Assembly: GCA_023379025.1 (NCBI GenBank)
Contig: JAMCTH010000007.1
Coordinates: forward strand, 1-63,128
Length of the DNA stretch: 63,128 bases
DNA from: Patescibacteria group bacterium
Lineage (GTDB): Bacteria; Patescibacteriota; Microgenomatia; UBA10105; UBA927
Reading direction: 5' to 3'
Within the stretch, counting starts at the first letter, position 1. The number at the start of each line of letters is the position of its first letter. This document shows positions 46,562 to 54,152 of this stretch, in pieces. Below the pieces are notes generated by a model, which worked only from the letters and a program-made list of their open reading frames with translations, had not been told where the DNA came from and searched no databases. A program made the translations under genes and the position numbers.

Positions 46562-47908
46562 ATGTATATCCCTCTTACCAAACCATATTGGGGGAAAGCC
46601 GAAGAACGGGCGGCCGTTGAGGCCCTACGGCACTCGAGCGGCGCCGGCGACGGATCGTACACGAAACAGCTTGCGGGGAAGCTCACGAAGCTTACGGGCA
46701 TGAGGTACGCCATCCCCGTGACCTCCTGTACCCATGGCCTCGAGCTTGCGATGGCGGCCCTCGGGATCGGGCCGGGAGACGAGGTGATCGTGCCGAGCTT
46801 TACCATGACGTCAACTGCCAACTGCGTGGTACTCCGTGGGGCTACACCCGTTTTTGCGGATATCGAACCGCTCACGTATGGCCTGTCGGTTGGTGATGTA
46901 GCGCGGCGGATCACCGAACGGACGAAAGGGGTGATCTTCGTGCCGTATGCCGGTATGCCGGGCGATATACGGGCCATCCGGGCGCTCTGCCGGGAGAGAG
47001 GGTTATTTTTGGTTGAGGATGCGGCGCATGCGATCGGCGCCTATGACCGCGGGAAACACCTCGGCACTTTCGGGGACATCGGCGTCTTCTCGTTCCACGG
47101 GACCAAAAACGTGAGCTGCGGCGAGGGGGGAGCGGTCGTGACCGACCGGAAAGATCTCTATGATACTATGGAGATCTACCGGGCCAACGGGACGAACCGT
47201 ACCGCGTTTCTTGCCGGTATTGTGGATAAATACAGTTGGGTCGGGAAAGGTACTAGTTATTTCCTTTCCGATATATTAGCGAATATTGTATCGGCACAAC
47301 TGGATCACATTACCACGATAAATAAAAAAAGAAATCAAATTGCTCTCTATTACTCCAAACAGCTTCAGCATTACGCAGGTCTGTTCGATCTGCCGCGGGT
47401 GCCGCCGGGCGCACAGCCGAACTGGCACATTTATGCCGTCCTTTTTAAGAAAAAAACACACCGCGATCTCTTCCTCCGGGAAATGAGGAAGCGGGGAATT
47501 GACGCGGCCTACCATTACGTGCCGCTCCATAGTTCGAGGATGGGAAGGAAACTGGCTGGGTCGATTTTTGATCAAGGACAATTATCATGCGCGGCGCGGC
47601 GAGCTTTTCCGAGCACCGTCACTGCGCCGGAAACCGGAAAGCGGCGGGTCCTGTCTCGGTTTTTCCCCCAAGAAAACCCACAAGGGGACCCCTTCTTGGG
47701 GGTCCCCCGAACCGAGCCACCCGCCGTACCAGCGCCTGACGGATGCGCAGCAAAAAGTGAGCCGCGCGAAGCGCCGTGTCCTGCCCTGCCAGTAACTGAT
47801 TTTGTTTGGGAGCGGCTCGTCCGGCTCCCGATCTACCCGGGACTGACGAGTAAGCAGCTGCAGTATGTCGTCCAACAGGTGCGGGAGACCCTGCAGGCAT
47901 ATATATAA
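46562..47908 (+). CDS. DegT/DnrJ/EryC1/StrS-family sugar aminotransferase (ArnB-like) with a roughly 70-aa insert
   Basis: MYIPLTKPYWGKAEERAAVEAL, VTSCTHGLELA, FSFHGTKN (PLP lysine context), AYHYVPLH. A GTG at 46529 is an alternative start. The foldback repeat accounts for the insert before the LPIYPGLT motif. Confidence 0.85.
   Translation: MYIPLTKPYWGKAEERAAVEALRHSSGAGDGSYTKQLAGKLTKLTGMRYAIPVTSCTHGLELAMAALGIGPGDEVIVPSFTMTSTANCVVLRGATPVFADIEPLTYGLSVGDVARRITERTKGVIFVPYAGMPGDIRAIRALCRERGLFLVEDAAHAIGAYDRGKHLGTFGDIGVFSFHGTKNVSCGEGGAVVTDRKDLYDTMEIYRANGTNRTAFLAGIVDKYSWVGKGTSYFLSDILANIVSAQLDHITTINKKRNQIALYYSKQLQHYAGLFDLPRVPPGAQPNWHIYAVLFKKKTHRDLFLREMRKRGIDAAYHYVPLHSSRMGRKLAGSIFDQGQLSCAARRAFPSTVTAPETGKRRVLSRFFPQENPQGDPFLGVPRTEPPAVPAPDGCAAKSEPREAPCPALPVTDFVWERLVRLPIYPGLTSKQLQYVVQQVRETLQAYI
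47589..47770. repeat. About 180-nt GC-rich foldback element inserted in frame in the aminotransferase gene (copy 2, opposite orientation)
   Basis: Core TTCCCCCAAGAAAACCCACAAGGGGACCCCTTCTTGGGGGTCCCCC (47664-47708) is the reverse complement of the 35670-35715 core with a few substitutions. Flanking arm similarity extends about 70 nt on each side. Confidence 0.85.
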
Positions 47909-47928
47909 AAGAAAATCGGAACCGGAGA

Positions 47929-48381
47929 TTGCCCGTCACCGGAGAGACAATGTCGAGTATTGAAGATAAGATACCGGAGCTCATCCATGCTGCAGCCGAA
48001 GCACGGCGTATCGGATTTTTTGCATCCCTTGCCGAGAGGCTTCTTCCCCGGACGTTTACCGTCGTCGGATCCGGTGAAGTGACGGATATTCTTGCTGTAC
48101 CGGCTGCGGATGTAGCATGCATCACTGTCGGGGAAGCAAGCAACCCCCTGCAGGTCCGTTTTATCGTGCCGATAGGTGATGCAGCGCGGTATGAGACCGG
48201 TCAGCGTTATGCGATCGTGAGGCAAGACACCCGTGCGGTACTGGCGCAGGGAATTGTGCTTGAGACTCATCTGTCCGTCGGTCCGGCGGCCTTCCTGGAA
48301 AAAGGGGCGGCGTTTGACGAATCGGAGCTTGTCTATGCGTTTCCGACGTATGAGCTACCGGAGGATACCACGGAAGGATAG
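47929..48381 (+). CDS. Hypothetical protein (150 aa) within the sugar-modification operon
   Basis: Clean ORF tightly packed between the aminotransferase and GT2 genes. No motif was recognised. An alternative start, MSSIEDK, lies at 47950. Confidence 0.5.
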   Translation: MPVTGETMSSIEDKIPELIHAAAEARRIGFFASLAERLLPRTFTVVGSGEVTDILAVPAADVACITVGEASNPLQVRFIVPIGDAARYETGQRYAIVRQDTRAVLAQGIVLETHLSVGPAAFLEKGAAFDESELVYAFPTYELPEDTTEG

Positions 48382-48384
48382 GTT

Positions 48385-49440
48385 ATGAGACCATTGCTGT
48401 CACTTATCATTCCCTATCACAACAGTTCGGAAACGATCGGAAGGCTTTTGGCGTCGATCGCGCGGTCGAAGACCGCTCCTGCCTATGAGGTGATCGTTGT
48501 CGACGACGGATCTGAGAAGAATGCTACATGTCCGATGCCAAATGCCAAATTAAAAAAGAAATTGACTGATTTTCGGATCATCACTCTTCTAGAGAACCGC
48601 GGGCCGGCGGCGGCGAGAAACCGGGGAGCGGCGAACGCACGGGGGAAGGTTCTCCTCTTCCTCGACAGTGATGTCGTACTGTTTCCTGATACGCTGAACA
48701 ATTTGGCACGGATTTACCGGGAGGATCCGGACGTGGTTGCGGTCACGGGGGTGTGGGCCAAAGAACAGCGTACGAAGGCATTTTTCCCCAATTTCAAAGC
48801 GCTCCGGGACTGGAGCTACTGGGTGAACGAGCGGGAACTCGGCAGCTACTACTACCTGTTTTCGACCCGCATCGCCTCCATCAAAAGGGCCGTATTCCTG
48901 CGCCTCGGGGGATTTGACGAAAGCTACCACGCCGCGCTCGTTGAGGATATCGAGTTTACCTACCGGATTGCCCGGCGCTACGCGGTCCTGTTTGCCCCGG
49001 ACGTCCGCGTGCGGCATGAGTTTGAAGGCTTCTGGCCGGTCGCCCAAAAATATTTCCGGCGCAGCTACCACTGGACCAAACTGTTCATGGACCGGAGGCG
49101 GTTTGATTCCGTTGCGGCAACCGGCAAGGAAGCCGCCGCAACGCTTTCTGCCGCGGCCCTCGCCGTTCTCGTGCCGATGCGGGTCCTGACGTTTTTCCTT
49201 CTGCCGCACAGTTTTCTCTGCTTCAGGGCTCCGGGTCTCTACCTTTCGTTCTGCACGGGCAGTATGCTGCAGTGGCTGGTCATTGCGGTGCTGGTGATCC
49301 ACCTCCTGTTTGTCCGTAAGTTTCTGTGGTTTGCGGCGCGGGAGCGGGGGATAGTGTTTGCGTTCCAAAGCTTCCTGACCGGCATTGTCCTCTACTGTTT
49401 TATCTTTGCGGGCGCCGTCGCCGGGCGGGTGGGGAAATAA
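48385..49440 (+). CDS. GT2 family glycosyltransferase with C-terminal TM segments
   Basis: LSLIIPYHNSSE...VIVVDDGSEKN...ENRGPAAARNRGA...LFLDSDVV, with a hydrophobic C-terminus. Confidence 0.85.
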   Translation: MRPLLSLIIPYHNSSETIGRLLASIARSKTAPAYEVIVVDDGSEKNATCPMPNAKLKKKLTDFRIITLLENRGPAAARNRGAANARGKVLLFLDSDVVLFPDTLNNLARIYREDPDVVAVTGVWAKEQRTKAFFPNFKALRDWSYWVNERELGSYYYLFSTRIASIKRAVFLRLGGFDESYHAALVEDIEFTYRIARRYAVLFAPDVRVRHEFEGFWPVAQKYFRRSYHWTKLFMDRRRFDSVAATGKEAAATLSAAALAVLVPMRVLTFFLLPHSFLCFRAPGLYLSFCTGSMLQWLVIAVLVIHLLFVRKFLWFAARERGIVFAFQSFLTGIVLYCFIFAGAVAGRVGK

Positions 49441-49449
49441 CGGGCGGCG

Positions 49450-51465
49450 TCAGTGCGGCGGCGCAGGCGCGGGGCTTGCCGGAACAACGAGTTCCGGGTA
49501 GCCGGTCGGCCGGGTGAGGATGTCGAGCGGGTTGACGCCGCCGCGTGTGCCGGCGGCGGTCGCTGAGGCCATGGCGGCAAGCGCCGTCTTTTCTCCGGGG
49601 GAAAGTTTGGCCGTCACCCCGGCGAGCAGGCTGCCCGCAGTTTTGGCGTCGGCCGTATCCTTCCCGACGTGCGCCACCGTCTCCCGGAGCGCAATTGCCG
49701 CGCGGAGGTAATCTTTTTTCTGCTCATAGGCGTAGGCCAGGTTGTAATACGCGTTGGCGTAGTCGGGTTTGAGGTTGACGGCGGCCAGAAACTGCGAAAC
49801 GGCCGCATCATTATTGCCCTGGCGGGTGTAGATGCCGCCGAGCGTAAGCCTGAGCCGGGGATTAGCCGGGTCGAGGGTGATCGCTTTCTCATAGGATGCG
49901 ATACTCCACTGCTCTGCGCCGTCGGTATAGGCCGACAGCGTATCGTACAGGGCGCCGAGATTTTCCCACGCCGTAACCCACCGGGGTTCGAGTGAGGTCG
50001 CGACTTTTCCCTCCCGGATTGCCTGCTGGGTCAGGGTAGTCAGGGTCTTTTTTTCCGCATCGGTGAAGGAGGCTCCGGGCGAGGCGGTCCCGGCGTTTTT
50101 TTGGTCCGCGGACAGGAGATTTTGGGCCAGAAGCAGGTTCAGCCTGCTGAAACTCAGGTGGTACTGGGTCCGGAACGGGCTCATTTCGATAGCCCGGAGG
50201 AGGTAGTTATAGGTTTTCACGTTCTTTGCGTCGGCTGCCCGGAGGGCGCGGTAATAAAGGGTTTCGCCGGCGTAGTAGCGCCCGAGAAGGAACAGGAGCC
50301 CCGCCGAAAGAAGGACTACCGCTCCCGCCGCTCCCGCCGCGGCGTGCCGGGACAAAGCCGGCATACGGACGGCAGGTGGCTCCGCCTCTCCGCGGTCGCC
50401 GGAGAGGAGCAGCAGTTCGGCGAGGAGGACGATCTGGATGATTGAAGGCGGAAGGATGAGGAGCGACAGCCCGGCGGCGGCCAGGGCGGCTGCGAGGCCG
50501 GTTTCGGTGAGGCTTCGTTGGCGCCGGCTGAACAAAGGCCGCACTGAAGCCCAGATGATGATCAGGACACCGGCAATACCGGGGATGCCGGTCGTTGTCC
50601 CGATGTGGAACAGGAAGGAATTGGCCGACGTAAACCGCGTGTTCCAGAGCGGCGTCAGATTGAGGCTGACGGGCCGGCCCGCAGTAAATGCCGAGAGGTA
50701 GTTGCCCGGCCCGACGCCGAGCAGCAGGTGCTCCGCCCCTTTATAGGAATCCATGAGGATGCTCCAGCCGTCCGCCGCGGGAAGCACGGTCGCGGGGATA
50801 TGCGGGATGATGCCGGCCGCGGTGAGCGCGAGCCCCGCGGCAATGATGGCCGTCCCGAGAGCCAGGAAGCCGGTGCGCGCCCAGTCCCTTTTGCGGATTT
50901 GCGCAAGCGTTTCCGCGGCGATTGCCGGAAGGATCACGATGAGGAGCGTGATCAGGGCAAGCGAACTGCCGGCGGGGGTAAAGAGCGGATTCGTGAGGGC
51001 GGGAACAGCCGGGAATACCATGCGCCCCAAGCCGATAGCGCCGTAGACGGCGATGATGCCGGATACCGCGGCGGCCAGGTAGAGCGCCCACCGGAGGAGG
51101 GTCCTGCTTTGTTCCGTAAGGAAGGCGGGAGCCAGGGCGAGCACTGCCGTTGCCGCAACGAGCGTCAGGGGTCCGAACGGTGCGGCGGCAGACTCGGGCG
51201 TATCCGCGGAGACCACAAGCGTGGAAAGAACGGAGGAGACGGTCAGGACGGCAAACCCGGCAAGCCCCGCACCGCGTCCGACGGCCAGGGCGCGTTTTTT
51301 TAGAGCGATGAGCGACCAGAGGATCGTCAGGAAGACCGCGGTAACAAGAAGGAGTACCCACTTATTGAACCCATAGAAATCCTCGGTAAACGGCAGGGCA
51401 AAGAGCGGAAATACCGCGGCAAAGCAGATAAGATACCATCGGGCGGCGGAAAGCATTCGGTGCAT
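49450..51465 (-). CDS. O-antigen ligase-like (Wzy_C) polytopic protein fused to C-terminal TPR repeats
   Basis: Wzy_C-like loop NTRFTSANSFLFHIGTTTGIPGIAGVLIIIW. TPR segments include DPANPRLRLTLGGIYTRQGNNDAAVSQFLAAVNLKPDYANAYYNLAYAYEQKKDY. Confidence 0.8.
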   Translation of the reverse strand: MHRMLSAARWYLICFAAVFPLFALPFTEDFYGFNKWVLLLVTAVFLTILWSLIALKKRALAVGRGAGLAGFAVLTVSSVLSTLVVSADTPESAAAPFGPLTLVAATAVLALAPAFLTEQSRTLLRWALYLAAAVSGIIAVYGAIGLGRMVFPAVPALTNPLFTPAGSSLALITLLIVILPAIAAETLAQIRKRDWARTGFLALGTAIIAAGLALTAAGIIPHIPATVLPAADGWSILMDSYKGAEHLLLGVGPGNYLSAFTAGRPVSLNLTPLWNTRFTSANSFLFHIGTTTGIPGIAGVLIIIWASVRPLFSRRQRSLTETGLAAALAAAGLSLLILPPSIIQIVLLAELLLLSGDRGEAEPPAVRMPALSRHAAAGAAGAVVLLSAGLLFLLGRYYAGETLYYRALRAADAKNVKTYNYLLRAIEMSPFRTQYHLSFSRLNLLLAQNLLSADQKNAGTASPGASFTDAEKKTLTTLTQQAIREGKVATSLEPRWVTAWENLGALYDTLSAYTDGAEQWSIASYEKAITLDPANPRLRLTLGGIYTRQGNNDAAVSQFLAAVNLKPDYANAYYNLAYAYEQKKDYLRAAIALRETVAHVGKDTADAKTAGSLLAGVTAKLSPGEKTALAAMASATAAGTRGGVNPLDILTRPTGYPELVVPASPAPAPPH

Positions 51466-51495
51466 TACCTCCCATTATAAAAGAAACACCGTTGC

Positions 51496-51524
51496 TTGCA
51501 ATCCCGTCCGGCCTTTGTCATACT
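51496..51524 (+). promoter_or_regulatory. Extended -10 promoter upstream of the pilin cluster
   Basis: TTGCAA (51496-51501), a 17-nt spacer ending in TGT, then CATACT (51519-51524). The SD sequence AGAGGAGG (51537-51544) lies 12 nt before the ATG at 51557. Confidence 0.5.
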
Positions 51525-51556
51525 GGGGATGCACAAAGAGGAGGCCGTCACCTGGT

Positions 51557-52279
51557 ATGAGCGTCCGTCCTGTTTCCGGAAACCGTTTTGCCGGCGCCGC
51601 CGGTTTTACCCTGGCCGAACTCATGATCGTGGTCGCGATCATCGCAATGCTCCTGGTCGGGCTCCTTTTTAGTCTGATGCGGCAGACGGACCGGGCCTAT
51701 GACGCGCGGAGGAAAGGCGACCTGAACATGATCAGCCGCGCATTTGAGGAGTACTACAATGACCACGGCTGCTACCCGCCCCTCACGATTCTCGACCGGT
51801 GCGGCAGCGCTGACCTGTCCCCGTACCTCACGACCGTTCCCTGTGATCCGCGGACGAACACCCCGTACAACTATATGCCGATAGACAGCTCCAACCTCTG
51901 TCTCGGGTACCGTCTCTTTGCCTCGCTTGCCGATACGGGCGATCCGGCCATCATGGCAAACGGGTGTTCGCCCACGGAAGGGTGCGGGTACGGCACCCAG
52001 TGGAATTACGGCATATCGACGGCCGGACTCCTTACCGCGCCGGGCTTTACCCCTTCCTACAAGATTACCCCGACTCCGACGGTCCCGACGCCGACCCCTA
52101 CGCCGATGTTCCCGCCGGGTACCTACGCCTGCGATCCGAGCGGCACCTGCAATGCGTACAGCAATCCGACCGCCTGTTCGGGCCCGGGCGACCCCTGCTG
52201 TCCGGTGAGTTTTGCCGACAAAGTCCAGTGCCAGACCCAGTGCCCGATACTGGGTCCGTCGTACTGGTGCAAACAGTAG
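51557..52279 (+). CDS. Type IV pilin-like protein with a Thr/Pro linker and Cys-rich C-terminal domain
   Basis: Prepilin motif AG-FTLAELMIVVAIIAML (G-1, F+1, E+5), the TPTPTVPTPTPTP linker, and 10 Cys in the last roughly 65 aa. Confidence 0.8.
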   Translation: MSVRPVSGNRFAGAAGFTLAELMIVVAIIAMLLVGLLFSLMRQTDRAYDARRKGDLNMISRAFEEYYNDHGCYPPLTILDRCGSADLSPYLTTVPCDPRTNTPYNYMPIDSSNLCLGYRLFASLADTGDPAIMANGCSPTEGCGYGTQWNYGISTAGLLTAPGFTPSYKITPTPTVPTPTPTPMFPPGTYACDPSGTCNAYSNPTACSGPGDPCCPVSFADKVQCQTQCPILGPSYWCKQ

Positions 52280-52337
52280 GGAAGGTTTCGGTAGGGAAGG
52301 TTCGCCTCCCGTGCTATACTGCATAGTGGAGAGAGCG

Positions 52338-52845
52338 ATGCATATGAATCATACTGAGCGCGGGGGGGGATTTACCCTCATAGAACTTCTTATCGTTATT
52401 GCCATATTGGGCATCCTCGTGCGCTTGGGGCTTGCGAGCTTTCTGTCGAGCCAGATCAAATCCCGCGACAGCCGGCGGAAAAGCGACCCTCCGGCAGGTG
52501 GCGACGTCCCTTGAGACCTATTACAACGACAAAGGCGCCTATCCGGCCGGTGACGCAAACGGCGGCATCCTCGGATGCACGCCGGATGATGTGACGCTTT
52601 GTCCGTGGGGCGGGGAATTTGTCGACAAAAACGGGACCATCTATATGGTGAAGCTTCCGTCCGACCCGGCAGCCGGCGATCACTACTATTACCGGAAAAG
52701 CGGCTCCGGATACCAGTTGTACGCGGCGCTTGAGAATACCAATGATGCGGATTACCATGCGGGAGGGTATGCAGGCACCAACTGTGCCGGCAGCGGCACG
52801 CTTCTTTGCACGTACGGAATAGCAAGTACCAACCTGACGCCATGA
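52338..52845 (+). pseudogene. Type IV pilin-like gene with a +1 frameshift
   Basis: The N-terminus MHMNHTERGGG-FTLIELLIVIAIL is in one frame up to the CCC at 52487-52489. Deleting one C restores ...RRKSDLRQVATSLETYYNDKGAYP... through to the stop at 52845. A G8 tract lies at 52362-52369. Confidence 0.75.
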
Positions 52846-53354
52846 AAAAAGGATTTACCCTGATCGAGCTTCTGGTGGTCATTTCGATCATTGCCATGAT
52901 TTTGGCGGTTGCCCTTCCGAACTTTTTGGGCGCGCGGGTCCGGGCGCGGGACGCAAAGCGCAAAAGCGAGCTTCTCGAGCTTAAAACCGCGCTTCGCGTC
53001 TACTACAACGACTACGCCCGCTATCCCATGTGGTCCGGCGGCGGTACCACGATCGACGGCTGCGGCACAAGCGGCACGGGTGGCTGTCCGGTATGTGCCA
53101 CGGCAAATTTCGCGGCAGGCGGCACGGACGGGTGCAGTAATGTGTATATGAAGCAGTTTCCGGCGATAAACGGCACGGCGTCGTTCCGTTACTATCAGGT
53201 GGGAACGGATGATTTCCGGCTCGTGACGACCCTCGAAAATGTGTCGGACGGCGACAGTACGGCGAGCCAGGCACGGTGCCCGGCTGCGGTGCCGACCGGG
53301 CAGTCCGGCGCCGTCGTGTACGCCGCGGCGGATTATGTCCTCTGCGCAGACTGA
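52842..53354 (+). CDS. Type IV pilin-like protein
   Basis: MKKG-FTLIELLVVISIIAMILAV...ARDAKRKSELLELKTALRVYYND. The ATGA overlaps the preceding pilin's stop. Confidence 0.85.
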   Translation: MKKGFTLIELLVVISIIAMILAVALPNFLGARVRARDAKRKSELLELKTALRVYYNDYARYPMWSGGGTTIDGCGTSGTGGCPVCATANFAAGGTDGCSNVYMKQFPAINGTASFRYYQVGTDDFRLVTTLENVSDGDSTASQARCPAAVPTGQSGAVVYAAADYVLCAD

Positions 53355-53360
53355 CTCCAT

Positions 53361-53394
53361 CAACCCGCCGGGTTGAATAGGTTTAAACCTCTTC
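53361..53394. repeat. REP-like inverted repeat, left copy, flanking the Y1 transposase
   Basis: CAACCCGCCGGGTTGAATAGGTTTAAACCTCTTC contains the palindrome AACCCGCCGGGTT. It matches the reverse complement of 54103-54136 at 30 of 34 positions. Confidence 0.8.
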
Positions 53395-54060
53395 CAGAAC
53401 CAGGTGTTTGATTTTTTCTAATTGTTTCGCCAGGGCGATCTGATCACTGACGAAGTCCCTGTATGGGTGTTTGTCAGAGAAATGGGAAAGAACCGTACGG
53501 GTTTCCAACCATGGGACAGGAGGAGTTCCTCCATAGGCAGGGAGCGATGACCAGCGATACGTCCAGAGGTCAGCTTCATCGATGATGCCTGAGGAAACGG
53601 GGTTGAGATGGATATAGCGGGATACGTGAAGCAGCTGTTCGTCAGTTTCGATCGGTACGGCCTTAAACGGCCCCTGGTAGAGCGGTCCGACCCTGTCCTG
53701 CTTTTTATTGAAATATTTAGCGTAGCCGTTGGCGATAGTAGAGATTGCAGTGATAATGCCATGATCAACGTTTTGCCTCACGATCAGGTGAAAGTGGTTG
53801 GGCATGAGGCAGTAGGCCAGAATGTCTACGCCGGGAGGGGTTGTTCGGAGCTTTGCCGCATAGTATTGGCGTTCGTTCACGGGCAGGGTGAGAAAATGGG
53901 AGAAGCTTCTCGGCACATCCATAAAACGGTAATACTCGATAAGCAGTGTGAAACGGCGGTAATCACGGGCAGAGAGGAAAATATTCCGCCGTTCAACGCC
54001 GCGGTTAAAGACGTGATAGACGTAGCTGTTGCGGAAGGCAATCGGGCGGGGTGAAGCCAT
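53383..54060 (-). CDS. REP-associated tyrosine transposase (RAYT) / IS200-like Y1 transposase
   Basis: HUH motif PNHFHLIV and catalytic Tyr context SRYIHLNPV, with N-terminal YHVFNRGVERRNIF. The gene is bracketed by inverted REP-like repeats. Confidence 0.85.
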   Translation of the reverse strand: MASPRPIAFRNSYVYHVFNRGVERRNIFLSARDYRRFTLLIEYYRFMDVPRSFSHFLTLPVNERQYYAAKLRTTPPGVDILAYCLMPNHFHLIVRQNVDHGIITAISTIANGYAKYFNKKQDRVGPLYQGPFKAVPIETDEQLLHVSRYIHLNPVSSGIIDEADLWTYRWSSLPAYGGTPPVPWLETRTVLSHFSDKHPYRDFVSDQIALAKQLEKIKHLVLEEV

Positions 54061-54102
54061 GAGTTCAGCCTAGCGTATCAGGGCCTGTCTGTCAACTGTC
54101 AA

Positions 54103-54136
54103 GAAGAGGTTTAAATCTAAGAAACCCGGCGGGTTG
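54103..54136. repeat. REP-like inverted repeat, right copy
   Basis: GAAGAGGTTTAAATCTAAGAAACCCGGCGGGTTG. The direct heptamer CTGTCAA x2 lies immediately upstream (54088-54101). Confidence 0.8.
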
Positions 54137-54152
54137 AAGTGTGAAGCGGGGA

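Noticed and set aside
13020-52963. Other long antisense ORFs: 13020-13703, 13968-14579, 25763-26494, 29478-30302, 48589-49368, 50741-51361, 51548-52324 and 52349-52963.
   Set aside because: Each lies opposite a gene with clear domain motifs or TM architecture. Their compositions (Arg/Pro/Gly-rich) are typical of GC-rich antisense frames.
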